A stretch of DNA of 64,000 nt from an uncultured Pseudomonadota bacterium (lineage in GTDB: Bacteria > Babelota > Babeliae > Babelales > Vermiphilaceae). The stretch spans positions 3,744 to 67,743 of the forward strand of contig CAYMRF010000001.1 in the NCBI GenBank assembly GCA_964392765.1, read 5' to 3'. The position numbers and the translations under genes are program-made. Below are positions 1-8,685 of the stretch, one piece after another (position 1 is the stretch's first letter; the number at the start of each line of letters is the position of its first letter). The notes below the pieces were generated by a model that saw only the letters and a program-made list of their open reading frames with translations, did not search any database and was not told the DNA's origin.

Positions 1-596
1 GATGACGTGATAAGCCTGAAATTTACCTCTTTATGGTGAACTAAACCGATTTGCCCGCCTAAAAAGAATGATGCGCATGAGCACCAACAGGGGTTAAAGT
101 AATAGCGGCCGCCCACATAAAAATCATAAAAGCGGTATTTTGAAAGAGAATTAAAAACAAACTGAGGCCGCGCTACAAAAAGAGGAAGCGTAATGGTGGG
201 CTGAACGGTAAAATCATTTTTTGCATTTGCTTGGCGATAATTTGCCGCTACATATACCTCAAAACAATCAGTGAGGTTATACCCAATAAGCCCGCCTACC
301 GTCCATGGTAATTTATAAAGATTATTAAATTTTGGCATTTCAAATAACGGAACAACGGGTCCTACTGTGCTATTTGGGCATCCCAATGATGCGTTGCAAC
401 TAATAGCAGAAAACGTATTTCTTTGTGACCAAATAATGGGAGCAATGCCTGCTTGCACTTGAAGATTAAAACAGCTGCAACATTCATTATATTCACATGA
501 TGAATTCGAAACGTAAGAACCATCAAATGCTTGCATTCCCGCGGCAAAACATAAAAATAGTCCTATAAGAATTCGTTCTTTTAATACAGAACTCAC
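1..596 (-). CDS. cysteine-rich secreted protein, possible outer-membrane beta-barrel; 3' end runs off the window
   Basis: Own minus-strand translation. GTG at 596-594 is preceded by AAGGAG with a 5 nt spacer. The N-terminus VSSVLKERILIGLFLCFAAGMQA looks like a signal peptide, and the frame stays open to position 1. Aromatic-rich strand-like segments are present (YVAANYRQ, YDFYVGGRYYF). It is absent from the ORF track because no stop lies in the window. Confidence 0.5.
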   Translation of the reverse strand, partial: MSSVLKERILIGLFLCFAAGMQAFDGSYVSNSSCEYNECCSCFNLQVQAGIAPIIWSQRNTFSAISCNASLGCPNSTVGPVVPLFEMPKFNNLYKLPWTVGGLIGYNLTDCFEVYVAANYRQANAKNDFTVQPTITLPLFVARPQFVFNSLSKYRFYDFYVGGRYYFNPCWCSCASFFLGGQIGLVHHKEVNFRLITS

Positions 597-776
597 AAGC
601 GCTCCTTTTTTTAAATAGTAAGTAAAACATTCTTAACTTCATTAACACATTAAAGTAACCTTGTAAGCTTTTCATTTACAAGACTTTTCTATTTAACCCA
701 CTGTATTATACTTATCATAGATAAAATTCTTTGGAATAGCGTAGCCTATCACCGATCACAAAGGCATAATAAAGTC

Positions 777-1913
777 ATGATACAAACTCCTCACACGTGG
801 ATAGAAATCAGCAAAAGCGCCCTCGAGCATAATCTTAAAGCCTACAAAAGTGCTATTGGCTCAAGTGCATTGGGAGTAGTAGTAAAAAGTAACGCATATG
901 GCCATGGCATTGTTGAAGTGGGCAAAATATGCCAAGAAAGTTCGTATGCCGATTGGCTTATGGTTGCAACACTTTCTGAAGCAATGGTATTACGCGCCGC
1001 GGGCATCACCAAACCAATTTTAGTAATCTATTTTATTGATGAAGATCCACGTAAATTAGTGGCGCATGATATTGATGCAATGGTTTCCGACTGGCAAACT
1101 CTCAATGATCTGAATGAAATTGGCATCGCTGCACAAAAAAAATGTAATGTTCACCTTAAAATTGATAGTGGCATGTCTCGCTTTGGATTTTTGCCGCATG
1201 AAATTATTGCAGTATTGCAAAAAGCGCAACAAATGCCGGGCATTCATATCAATGGCATCTATAGCCATTTAGCCCAAGCTGCCAATCCTGATCAAAGTTT
1301 TAATCGCGAACAAGAAGCCGCATTTTCCAAAGTGCTTGATGCTATTGCTACCCATGGCATCGAAATTCCCTATAAACATATTTCTAATTCAGCGGCATCC
1401 ACAGCATTGCATGCACCGCAAACCAATATGGTGCGGGTAGGATTGGGCACGTATGGCTGGTGGCCGTCACAATCAAATAAAGATATCACGCAAGAAAAAT
1501 ATTTTGATTTTGATTTAAAACCGGTGCTCACGTTTAAAACGCGCATATTTCAAATTCGCCATTTAGCTGCCGATCAATTTGTGGGCTACGATCGTACCTA
1601 TAAAACGAGCAAACCAACAACTATTGCCGTGCTTCCGGTGGGCTACTATGATGGCTATGATCGCCGCTTGAGTAGCAAAGGCATTTTACTTATTAATAAT
1701 CAGTATGCTCCGGTAATTGGCATTATTGCCATGACAACCACACTTGTTGATATTACTCATATTTCGGATGCAAAAGTTGGCGACGAAGTAATCTTAATGG
1801 GCGATTATGAAAAAATTACACCCACGCAACTTGCCAATATTGTGGGAAGTTTTAATCCACGAGAAATTCTCACGCGATTAAATCCGATGATTCCCCGAAT
1901 AGTAATTGATTAA
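777..1913 (+). CDS. alr: alanine racemase
   Basis: 378 aa. PLP-lysine motif VVKSNAYGHG near the N-terminus, and typical length and architecture (SHLA, GYYDGY motifs). Confidence 0.93.
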   Translation: MIQTPHTWIEISKSALEHNLKAYKSAIGSSALGVVVKSNAYGHGIVEVGKICQESSYADWLMVATLSEAMVLRAAGITKPILVIYFIDEDPRKLVAHDIDAMVSDWQTLNDLNEIGIAAQKKCNVHLKIDSGMSRFGFLPHEIIAVLQKAQQMPGIHINGIYSHLAQAANPDQSFNREQEAAFSKVLDAIATHGIEIPYKHISNSAASTALHAPQTNMVRVGLGTYGWWPSQSNKDITQEKYFDFDLKPVLTFKTRIFQIRHLAADQFVGYDRTYKTSKPTTIAVLPVGYYDGYDRRLSSKGILLINNQYAPVIGIIAMTTTLVDITHISDAKVGDEVILMGDYEKITPTQLANIVGSFNPREILTRLNPMIPRIVID

Positions 1914-1928
1914 TTGCTGAGGAGTGTT

Positions 1929-2762
1929 ATGGAAAATTTTGATTTTTCTCAACAATTTTATGCACTAACTTCTGTGGGCAAACCTTCTGCAGGCATCTGC
2001 AAACTTTTACAAAAATTTAATTTACCAGAAAATGACATCGATGCGATCGTAACCGCAACTCAAAAAGAGTGGCTGCGAACGCCCGGCAAAGAACGTTGGG
2101 ATGCCCAAGACCCTTATGCCGCTCGCAAGGATGAATTACTGCCATTCTTTAAAGAAGCAGGAGTTGTAGGGGAAGTGAAACCTCAAGCCAAAGAGTTTGA
2201 TTATGCAATCATCATGGGTGCGTTTATGCCTCGAATGCAAGTGCGTATTGAGCATACTAAAAAACTTTGGAATGAAGGATATCGGTTTAAACAGATCGTA
2301 TTATTGGGTGCTGAACGAGCGCTCGTTCCTCAACAAGAATTTATTGAAACCTTTGGCCGCGCTCCTGTTCCTCAAACCGAATATGAAATGATACAATGGG
2401 TTTATGCGCATGCAGATCTTCCTCATGAAATGAAACAGGTAAAAACCACATTCATTAATACCCCAAATACTATTGATGCGAATGGCCAAATAATGCGCGC
2501 TAAAACAGGGGACACCATCAAAGCATGGCTTGCAACCAATCCAAAACCAGGAACATGCTTAATTATTTCCAACCAACCGCAAGCATACTATTATCCTGCA
2601 GTGGCAAGAACATTATTACCTGAAACTTTTAAAGTAGCTCAGACTGCTTGCGCCTTAAATGAAAATGCTCGGATATGCGAAATTCTTGATGCATTAGCGC
2701 GCTGGGTTTATCAAGAAAACGAATTGCTAAAAAAACAATCCAAAACCCATGAAATCAAATAA
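1929..2762 (+). CDS. hypothetical protein, paralog A of a tandem pair (possibly DUF218/YdcF-like fold)
   Basis: ORF 1914..2762. ATG at 1929 follows GAGGAG and is the likelier start. Collinear similarity to the next ORF (EKWLR.P.ERW, DY.I..G, KQIV..G..R, AWLA..PKPG.CL.IS.QP, LDALARW.YQE). Confidence 0.6.
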   Translation: MENFDFSQQFYALTSVGKPSAGICKLLQKFNLPENDIDAIVTATQKEWLRTPGKERWDAQDPYAARKDELLPFFKEAGVVGEVKPQAKEFDYAIIMGAFMPRMQVRIEHTKKLWNEGYRFKQIVLLGAERALVPQQEFIETFGRAPVPQTEYEMIQWVYAHADLPHEMKQVKTTFINTPNTIDANGQIMRAKTGDTIKAWLATNPKPGTCLIISNQPQAYYYPAVARTLLPETFKVAQTACALNENARICEILDALARWVYQENELLKKQSKTHEIK

Positions 2763-3603
2763 ATTTTCAGAATTAATTCTCACGCACGATTTACAACCAA
2801 CGCGGGGACTTAAACAAGTGCTCGCGTTTTTTTCTATCAATCCCCATCAACCCATTGAAAGTATCATCCGAATCACGCAAGAAAAGTGGTTGCGTGGCCC
2901 CATTGAGCGATGGCAGATTGCACAAAAAACGCCCATTACTCCGCAAGTGCACCAATTATTTTCTGAAATTGGCATGATAAGTGCCTTATATCCCACTGCA
3001 AAACACTATGATTATATTCTTCTTTTAGGCAGTGATTATGAGGGAACTCGAGCGCGTATTAATTTTTTACGCATTCTTTTAGCAAATGGCATTCAAACTA
3101 AACAGATTGTGGCAATCGGCAGCGATCGCCCGCTAGATATCAATGAATTGCGATCAAATTCATCCATCGGCACCACTGAAATAGAGATGATTAAAAAATT
3201 ATTGGAAAGCGATGAGTCCTTCGCCCGTTCGGGTCGATGGAGCGCGAAGCGCGAATGGAGACCTCTCCACTCGGCTCCTTCGGATCCTCTATCGAGGCGA
3301 ACGGAACGGGGAAATGTCACTTTCATCGAAGCAAAAGGCAAAACTCTTGCAGATGGAACTTTTAAACGAGCTACCACGGCAGATACTTTTAATGCCTGGC
3401 TTGCAAGCGCTCCAAAACCAGGATCGTGTTTGCTTATTTCCGATCAACCATTTATTGGGTATCAAAATGCGGTTGCTCACTCGTTACTCAAAAATTTCTG
3501 GAATATTACCACAGTCGGCCCCGCTATTGACAATCAAACTACTCTGGAAGATCTTTTAGATACTTTGGCCCGTTGGCTATATCAGGAGACCAATCAAAAA
3601 TAA
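2749..3603 (+). CDS. hypothetical protein, paralog B of the tandem pair, carrying an in-frame GC-rich repeat insertion
   Basis: 284 aa, collinear with paralog A. It has an extra segment SFARSGRWSAKREWRPLHSAPSDPLSRRTERGN, encoded by repeat module A at about 3217..3311. Confidence 0.6.
   Translation: MKSNKFSELILTHDLQPTRGLKQVLAFFSINPHQPIESIIRITQEKWLRGPIERWQIAQKTPITPQVHQLFSEIGMISALYPTAKHYDYILLLGSDYEGTRARINFLRILLANGIQTKQIVAIGSDRPLDINELRSNSSIGTTEIEMIKKLLESDESFARSGRWSAKREWRPLHSAPSDPLSRRTERGNVTFIEAKGKTLADGTFKRATTADTFNAWLASAPKPGSCLLISDQPFIGYQNAVAHSLLKNFWNITTVGPAIDNQTTLEDLLDTLARWLYQETNQK
3217..3311. repeat. GC-rich palindromic repeat, module A, in frame inside a CDS
   Basis: CCGTTCGGGTCGATGGAG-CGCGAAGCGCG-AATGGAGACCTCTCCACTC-GGCTCCTTCGGATCC-TCTATCGAGGCGAACGG. 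The outer arms are mutually complementary and the centre is palindromic. Other copies at about 9533, 11473, 17453 and 20176. Confidence 0.85.
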
Positions 3604-3614
3604 GTGAGTTTGGT

Positions 3615-4478
3615 ATGCAAGCAAAAACTTCGATGCATCTTTTTTTGTTTCTGATTGTTTCTTCAAATTCTTTGAGCGCAATGAGCGAAGCTCGTCAATT
3701 GGCAGAAATTCATGAGTCATCTCACCAGGCATATATTGAAAAATTTATAGATTCGTTAAAAACAGAAAAAGATTTTCAAAAATCGATTTATATTAATGGT
3801 GATTTTCCAGCTCTTCTTGAATTTGCTGCTTATGATAACATCGAAAATGTAAAAAGAATTTTAGCTAAAAGGCCGCCATTAGATAAAATTACCAATTCTG
3901 ATGGAGAAAATATTTTTCATATTTTAGCAAAAAATGGAAATTCAAAATTGATGCGCTGGGTTATTAAACATTGCGTACATGAAAATATAGATATCAGCTC
4001 AGCAATTAATGGTATTGAAAAAAATGATCTAAGAACTCCATTACACGTCGCTGCACGCAATTCCAGAACTGGGTGCTTAAAACTCTTGTTGCACTATGGA
4101 GCCAAAGTAGACTCTCTGAATAATGCAAACAATACCCCTCTTCATTTAGCAGCAGCATCGAGTTTCCGGGGACGGCATAAAAGAGATCACACGGTGGATA
4201 TTCTATGCAGAGCAAACGCAGCTCTCGCAATAAAAAATAAAGAAGATAGAACTCCTCAGGCATGCGCTGAAAAAGAAAAATACAGAACAACAACTGCAAT
4301 TTTACGATATTATTCTTTATGTTCTCAGCTTAAGCCAATTGTACAGGATAAAAAAGAGCCTAATTATCTTCAACGATTACCGCTCGAGCTTTTGCTCATG
4401 GCATGCAGATTTTGCGCAACTACAGAATCTATCGCGCCAAAGCCACCTTCAGAAAATCTACCCGCCTCTTCTCTTTGA
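3615..4478 (+). CDS. secreted ankyrin-repeat protein
   Basis: Start moved to ATG 3615 (MQAKTSMHLFLFLIVSSNSLSA signal peptide), just after the upstream stop at 3603. ANK repeats are visible, e.g. TPLHVAARNSRTGCLKLLLHYGAKVDSLNNANNTPLHLAA. Confidence 0.8.
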   Translation: MQAKTSMHLFLFLIVSSNSLSAMSEARQLAEIHESSHQAYIEKFIDSLKTEKDFQKSIYINGDFPALLEFAAYDNIENVKRILAKRPPLDKITNSDGENIFHILAKNGNSKLMRWVIKHCVHENIDISSAINGIEKNDLRTPLHVAARNSRTGCLKLLLHYGAKVDSLNNANNTPLHLAAASSFRGRHKRDHTVDILCRANAALAIKNKEDRTPQACAEKEKYRTTTAILRYYSLCSQLKPIVQDKKEPNYLQRLPLELLLMACRFCATTESIAPKPPSENLPASSL

Positions 4479-4909
4479 TTCATCAGTATAACCACTGGAA
4501 AAGTAGTAAGCTCAAGTACCTCTGAAATACAAGGAAATTGGTCAACATCAAGCAGTAAAATTTTAATGCGATCATTATACTTTTGCGCCAGTTCTTGCAA
4601 TAAATCTCGCTGCTTAACTTCTTTTTCATAAAAATAAATAAGAACTGGAATCGTGCAACGGAGTACTTCTGATTCAAAAGCAATTTCAGCAGGACTAAAA
4701 TTATTAAGGAGAAAATCGATCTCTTCTTGCTTTGGTTCTTCAAAAATTTTATAAACCGTTTTAGTTTCAATTAAGCTTCGAATAATTTTTACTGAATCGG
4801 CAAAATTACAGAGCGAATCTTCTGACTCACTTTGTTTTGATTGATTACAGGAAGGCAAAAGACAGATCAGCACTATGATTAGTAATCTAGACATATTTAC
4901 ATTTCTCAT
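4370..4909 (-). CDS. thioredoxin-fold-like lipoprotein lacking a CxxC motif
   Basis: Lipobox LLPSC after a hydrophobic N-terminus. Trx-like beta-alpha-beta layout (VLIYFYEKE...KILLLDVDQFP...FPVVILM), with no redox cysteine pair where WCGPC normally sits. Confidence 0.5.
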   Translation of the reverse strand: MRNVNMSRLLIIVLICLLPSCNQSKQSESEDSLCNFADSVKIIRSLIETKTVYKIFEEPKQEEIDFLLNNFSPAEIAFESEVLRCTIPVLIYFYEKEVKQRDLLQELAQKYNDRIKILLLDVDQFPCISEVLELTTFPVVILMNQREEAGRFSEGGFGAIDSVVAQNLHAMSKSSSGNR

Positions 4910-4958
4910 TGTTTTTTGTATTTCTTACAACTAATAATTTACTAAAAGAGGACTAAAA

Positions 4959-5420
4959 ATGAAAAAAATATCTTTGCTTTCACTTCTTTTGCTTTCAACT
5001 GCTTCAATTCAAGCAATGCAAGAAGTAAAAGAGTCAATTTCTGAAGAATTCGATTGTTTCGACTGCTTTGATAAAATAACTGTTGAAACAGATTGCATAT
5101 TGGCAGATTTGGGTCCATGCGCATTACAAACTGTTAAAGCGCGCCACATTCCCAGCATGCGAGTTTACGTTGTTAAAAGCGAAACCAGCGTTTTAGGAGA
5201 TTTTTTTGATAGTTATTCATTTAAAGAAACCAAGGACGAAAAGTCAATAAAAAGACCGGTAGACAATAAAACGGCTGAAAGAATCCGCGGTTTAATAGCG
5301 CAAGCCTATCAAGCTAAATCTACTGAAAGGAAAGCCGCGCTTGATGAATTGCATCAGGTGGTCAAAGAAGAAAATGCACAAGCAAAAGCATGGGCATTCG
5401 CAGCAGGAATGTGCAATTAA
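4959..5420 (+). CDS. small secreted protein, tandem family member 1
   Basis: Signal peptide MKKISLLSLLLLSTASIQA. Shares ARHIP..R.YV and KKAALDELHQVVK...AKAWAF.AG.CN with the ORF at 5863. Confidence 0.7.
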   Translation: MKKISLLSLLLLSTASIQAMQEVKESISEEFDCFDCFDKITVETDCILADLGPCALQTVKARHIPSMRVYVVKSETSVLGDFFDSYSFKETKDEKSIKRPVDNKTAERIRGLIAQAYQAKSTERKAALDELHQVVKEENAQAKAWAFAAGMCN

Positions 5421-5459
5421 GATTATTCACTCAATTTTAATATTTTATAGGGATCAAAA

Positions 5460-5852
5460 TTGAAAAAGGTATCTTTTTTATTCGCACTTCTTCTTATCTC
5501 AACATCATCAATACAATCGATGCAAGCAAGCAATGTAAGTGACTATTTTGATTCAATAAGCGAGAAAGAAGAATGCGCTTGCGATCTTAGAGCCCTGCGA
5601 ATAAGGCATATTCCTACAAAACGAATTTTTGTGGCATATATTTCTGTTAATGAACCAGATAGTTCAGCAGGCTATGCTTATCCAGAAGATAATTTATATC
5701 TTGGATTTAATTTAGATAACAAAACCTCCAAAACCATTTTTGAATCAATAAAAATGGTTAATGCAGAAAAAGATGCTTCCAAAAAAAAAGCTATTCTTGC
5801 TGAATTGCATAAAACAGTACTGGAATTCGATGCACGGGCTAAAAATAATTAA
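5460..5852 (+). CDS. small secreted protein, tandem family member 2 (diverged, TTG start)
   Basis: Signal peptide (M)KKVSFLFALLLISTSSIQS. Motifs LRIRHIPTKRIFVA and KKKAILAELHKTV are shared with both neighbours. Confidence 0.6.
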   Translation: MKKVSFLFALLLISTSSIQSMQASNVSDYFDSISEKEECACDLRALRIRHIPTKRIFVAYISVNEPDSSAGYAYPEDNLYLGFNLDNKTSKTIFESIKMVNAEKDASKKKAILAELHKTVLEFDARAKNN

Positions 5853-5862
5853 AAGGTTACTT

Positions 5863-6312
5863 ATGAAAACAATATCTTTACTTTCATTACTTCTCATCTC
5901 AGTTTCACTCCATGCAATGGAAGAAACAGAAGATAAAATTTCTCCCGAATTTAACTATTTTGATACATTACAAGTTCAAAGTGATGGCCAATATGATAGT
6001 ATGGGTGGATGGACAGCACAAGCTGTGCAAGCGCGGCATCTGCCAACCAGACGTATTTATGTTGCATTATTTGAAGAGTCTTTGTTGGGATCATCTAGAA
6101 AAGGTTATTCATACCAAGAAAGTCTTGGGGAAAAATCACCAAAGACTCTTTTAAATTATGAAACAACTGAAAAAATTCATACTCTAATACTTCAAGCACA
6201 TCAAGCAGAGCCCATTAAAAAGAAAGCAGCGCTTGACGCATTACATCAAGTAGTAAAACAAGCAGATTCAGAAGCAAAAGCATGGGCATTTGTAGCTGGA
6301 ATATGCAATTAA
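5863..6312 (+). CDS. small secreted protein, tandem family member 3
   Basis: The internal ATG at 5863 gives MKTISLLSLLLISVSLHA. The upstream extension of the track ORF (5761) overlaps member 2 and is probably not translated. The C-terminus is nearly identical to member 1. Confidence 0.7.
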   Translation: MKTISLLSLLLISVSLHAMEETEDKISPEFNYFDTLQVQSDGQYDSMGGWTAQAVQARHLPTRRIYVALFEESLLGSSRKGYSYQESLGEKSPKTLLNYETTEKIHTLILQAHQAEPIKKKAALDALHQVVKQADSEAKAWAFVAGICN

Positions 6313-6356
6313 AATTACTTAATTAATCTTTTATAAGAAATTATTTTGGCTTATTA

Positions 6357-7022
6357 TCAATGAGGCCGTGCCCAGCCATCCATTAATTCATCCAATGCGC
6401 TCCATGCGAATGGAGAATCCGCTTGAACCTTTTCTTCCCTCATTGTCTTGCCAAGGCTCCGAATTGTTTCACTTTTTTGCCAATTCTGTAGCCATTCTTT
6501 TCGCTTTACATCTCTAGGAAGAAATTCTTTAATAGCCGCCATGAGCCTTTCATATTCCAGCTGATCAATCTCAGCAGCTTCCTCGGAAATATTCACTGAG
6601 GGGTTTGGAACAAAATCCTGAAGTTTCATCAGCGCCTCAAGTTTGAAGTCGCGATATTCACTTCTCACCGCAGAGAATTCCAGTTCAGCTACTAACGATT
6701 TGTATTCTCGATACTTGACCGAATAGCGGGTTGCTCGTTGAATATTCATTGATTTTCTAAGAACTAATGAAGCCTCAACATCTGTTTTTAGCTTTTCTTG
6801 CTCTTTTTGAAGCTCTTCTTGTTGTTTGCAATATTCCTGAGATAAACCATTAAGCTCTTTTTTCAAGGCAATATATTTTTGTAAGGCCTGCCTCTCTTGT
6901 TCACTGGTAAATTTGGGCAAATAGGTAATTGCCCAGGTTTCAGCAGTAGAATTATTAACTCGATGGTCTTGGCATGCCATAATCGGAAGAGTTAAAAAAA
7001 TCATGCAAAAGAATTTATACAT
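6357..7022 (-). CDS. hypothetical lipoprotein, coiled-coil rich
   Basis: N-terminal hydrophobic segment with lipobox-like PIMAC. Charged heptad-like sequence (QEELQKEQEKLK). Confidence 0.5.
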   Translation of the reverse strand: MYKFFCMIFLTLPIMACQDHRVNNSTAETWAITYLPKFTSEQERQALQKYIALKKELNGLSQEYCKQQEELQKEQEKLKTDVEASLVLRKSMNIQRATRYSVKYREYKSLVAELEFSAVRSEYRDFKLEALMKLQDFVPNPSVNISEEAAEIDQLEYERLMAAIKEFLPRDVKRKEWLQNWQKSETIRSLGKTMREEKVQADSPFAWSALDELMDGWARPH

Positions 7023-7024
7023 AA

Positions 7025-8209
7025 TTATTTAATTTTATAAATGCGATGCTTGCCAACTTTGATAATCATGCCAGAAGCAGGTTTAATCATTGTTTTAAAA
7101 TCATCTATCACGGCATTATCAACATGCACCGATTTAGTCTCTATTAATCGCTTCGCCTCAGAAGATGATGAGATTGCTTTGAGCTCTTTGAGCAGATCAA
7201 CAATCCAAATCTCTTTGGAATCAATAGCAACTTCAACCGCTTGAGAATAATCTTTCTTTTGGAAGAGCGCTTCAAATTGCGCTTGCCCTGCATCTGCCTC
7301 TTGCGCAGACCAGAAACGCGCTACAATGCCATGCGCCATCTTCTTCTTAAGATCCATAGGATGAACTTTGCCATCAGCGATATCTTTTTTAAGCTGTGCA
7401 ATTTCAGCATCAGAGGTGTATAAAAGAATGTGCATATAGTGCCACATCAGCTCATCGGAGATAGACATTAATTTGCCAAATACTTGCTCAGCGGGTTCAG
7501 TTAATCCAATTGCATTGCCTAAAGATTTAGACATTTTAGGACCGCCATCAAGACCTTCTAGCAACGGAGTGGTCACGATTACTTGCGGCTCTTGATTATA
7601 ATGCTCTTGCAAATATCTGCCCATAAGCAAATTAAACGTCTGATCGGTGCCGCCAAGCTCAATATCTGCTTTTAATGCTACCGAATCATAGCCTTGCATT
7701 AATGGATATAAAAGTTCATGCAAACTAATTGGTTGATTATTTGCTAAACGATTAGAAAAATCTTCTCGCTCAATCACGCGCGCAAGAGTTACTTTTGCAC
7801 ACAGTTTTATGAGATCAGTAAAATTTAATTTGCTTAACCATTCAGAATTATAGGCAATTTCGAGCTTTTTTGGATCAAGAATTTTAGTAACTTGTTCAAA
7901 ATAGGTTTGCGTATTTTTCTTAATATCTTCTTGCGAAAGTGGTGGACGTGTTTTGGATTTGCCCGTGGGATCACCAATAAATGCGGTATAATCGCCAATA
8001 AGAAAAATCACGTGATGGCCTATGTCTTGCAATTGCTTCATTTTAGAAAGCACTACGGCATGCCCTAAATGCAGATCAGGAGCCGTGGGATCCATGCCTA
8101 ATTTTATACGCAAGGGAATGCCACGCTCTAATTTTTTAATTAAATCAGCTTCGGGCAATACTGCACTGGTGCTTGATTTAATGATCTCTAACTGTTTTTT
8201 AATATCCAT
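7025..8209 (-). CDS. tyrS: tyrosine--tRNA ligase
   Basis: 394 aa. HIGH-class motif PDLHLGH, KMSKS motif present, C-terminal S4-like domain. Confidence 0.93.
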   Translation of the reverse strand: MDIKKQLEIIKSSTSAVLPEADLIKKLERGIPLRIKLGMDPTAPDLHLGHAVVLSKMKQLQDIGHHVIFLIGDYTAFIGDPTGKSKTRPPLSQEDIKKNTQTYFEQVTKILDPKKLEIAYNSEWLSKLNFTDLIKLCAKVTLARVIEREDFSNRLANNQPISLHELLYPLMQGYDSVALKADIELGGTDQTFNLLMGRYLQEHYNQEPQVIVTTPLLEGLDGGPKMSKSLGNAIGLTEPAEQVFGKLMSISDELMWHYMHILLYTSDAEIAQLKKDIADGKVHPMDLKKKMAHGIVARFWSAQEADAGQAQFEALFQKKDYSQAVEVAIDSKEIWIVDLLKELKAISSSSEAKRLIETKSVHVDNAVIDDFKTMIKPASGMIIKVGKHRIYKIK

Positions 8210-8214
8210 AAATT

Positions 8215-8670
8215 CTATATATTTACTTTATTTTTTTGCTCTTCGATAACATCTTGCAATCGCTTGCGCTCAAATTCATCGTTTTTCCCCATAGAAAAAT
8301 TCGCAAATCGATCCGCCTGAATTCGCAGTAAATCTTCAGAGTCTAATCTATCAGGGCAAGTATTCAATTTATACTTCGAGTTTGCAAGTAAATTTTTTTG
8401 TGTTGTAGAGGGCCCGTTCTTAATGAACTTTTCCATTTTTTCCATGACAACTTTCATCGCACTGGAAGAAAAAGCGTATTCTTTCGTATCATCTGCGCAA
8501 TCGGGGAAAATAAATAATTCCTGTGGCTGATCAACCCAGCCCTTATCCAGTATCAATGCTTCAAAAAATGATGCCGTTGAACGCGCTCTAATAACATTTA
8601 GAGGAACGTTTTTCATTGCAAAACAAGAAAAAGTAATCAACAAAGAAATAGCAATACAGAGTTGTTTCAT
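8215..8670 (-). CDS. hypothetical secreted protein
   Basis: Signal peptide MKQLCIAISLLITFSCFA. No recognisable domain. Confidence 0.5.
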   Translation of the reverse strand: MKQLCIAISLLITFSCFAMKNVPLNVIRARSTASFFEALILDKGWVDQPQELFIFPDCADDTKEYAFSSSAMKVVMEKMEKFIKNGPSTTQKNLLANSKYKLNTCPDRLDSEDLLRIQADRFANFSMGKNDEFERKRLQDVIEEQKNKVNI

Positions 8671-8685
8671 AAAAAAACCTAATAA

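Noticed and set aside
5761-5862. N-terminal extension of the third small secreted paralog (track ORF start at 5761)
   Set aside because: The extension overlaps the 3' end of the preceding paralog in another frame and precedes a perfect signal peptide that starts at ATG 5863.
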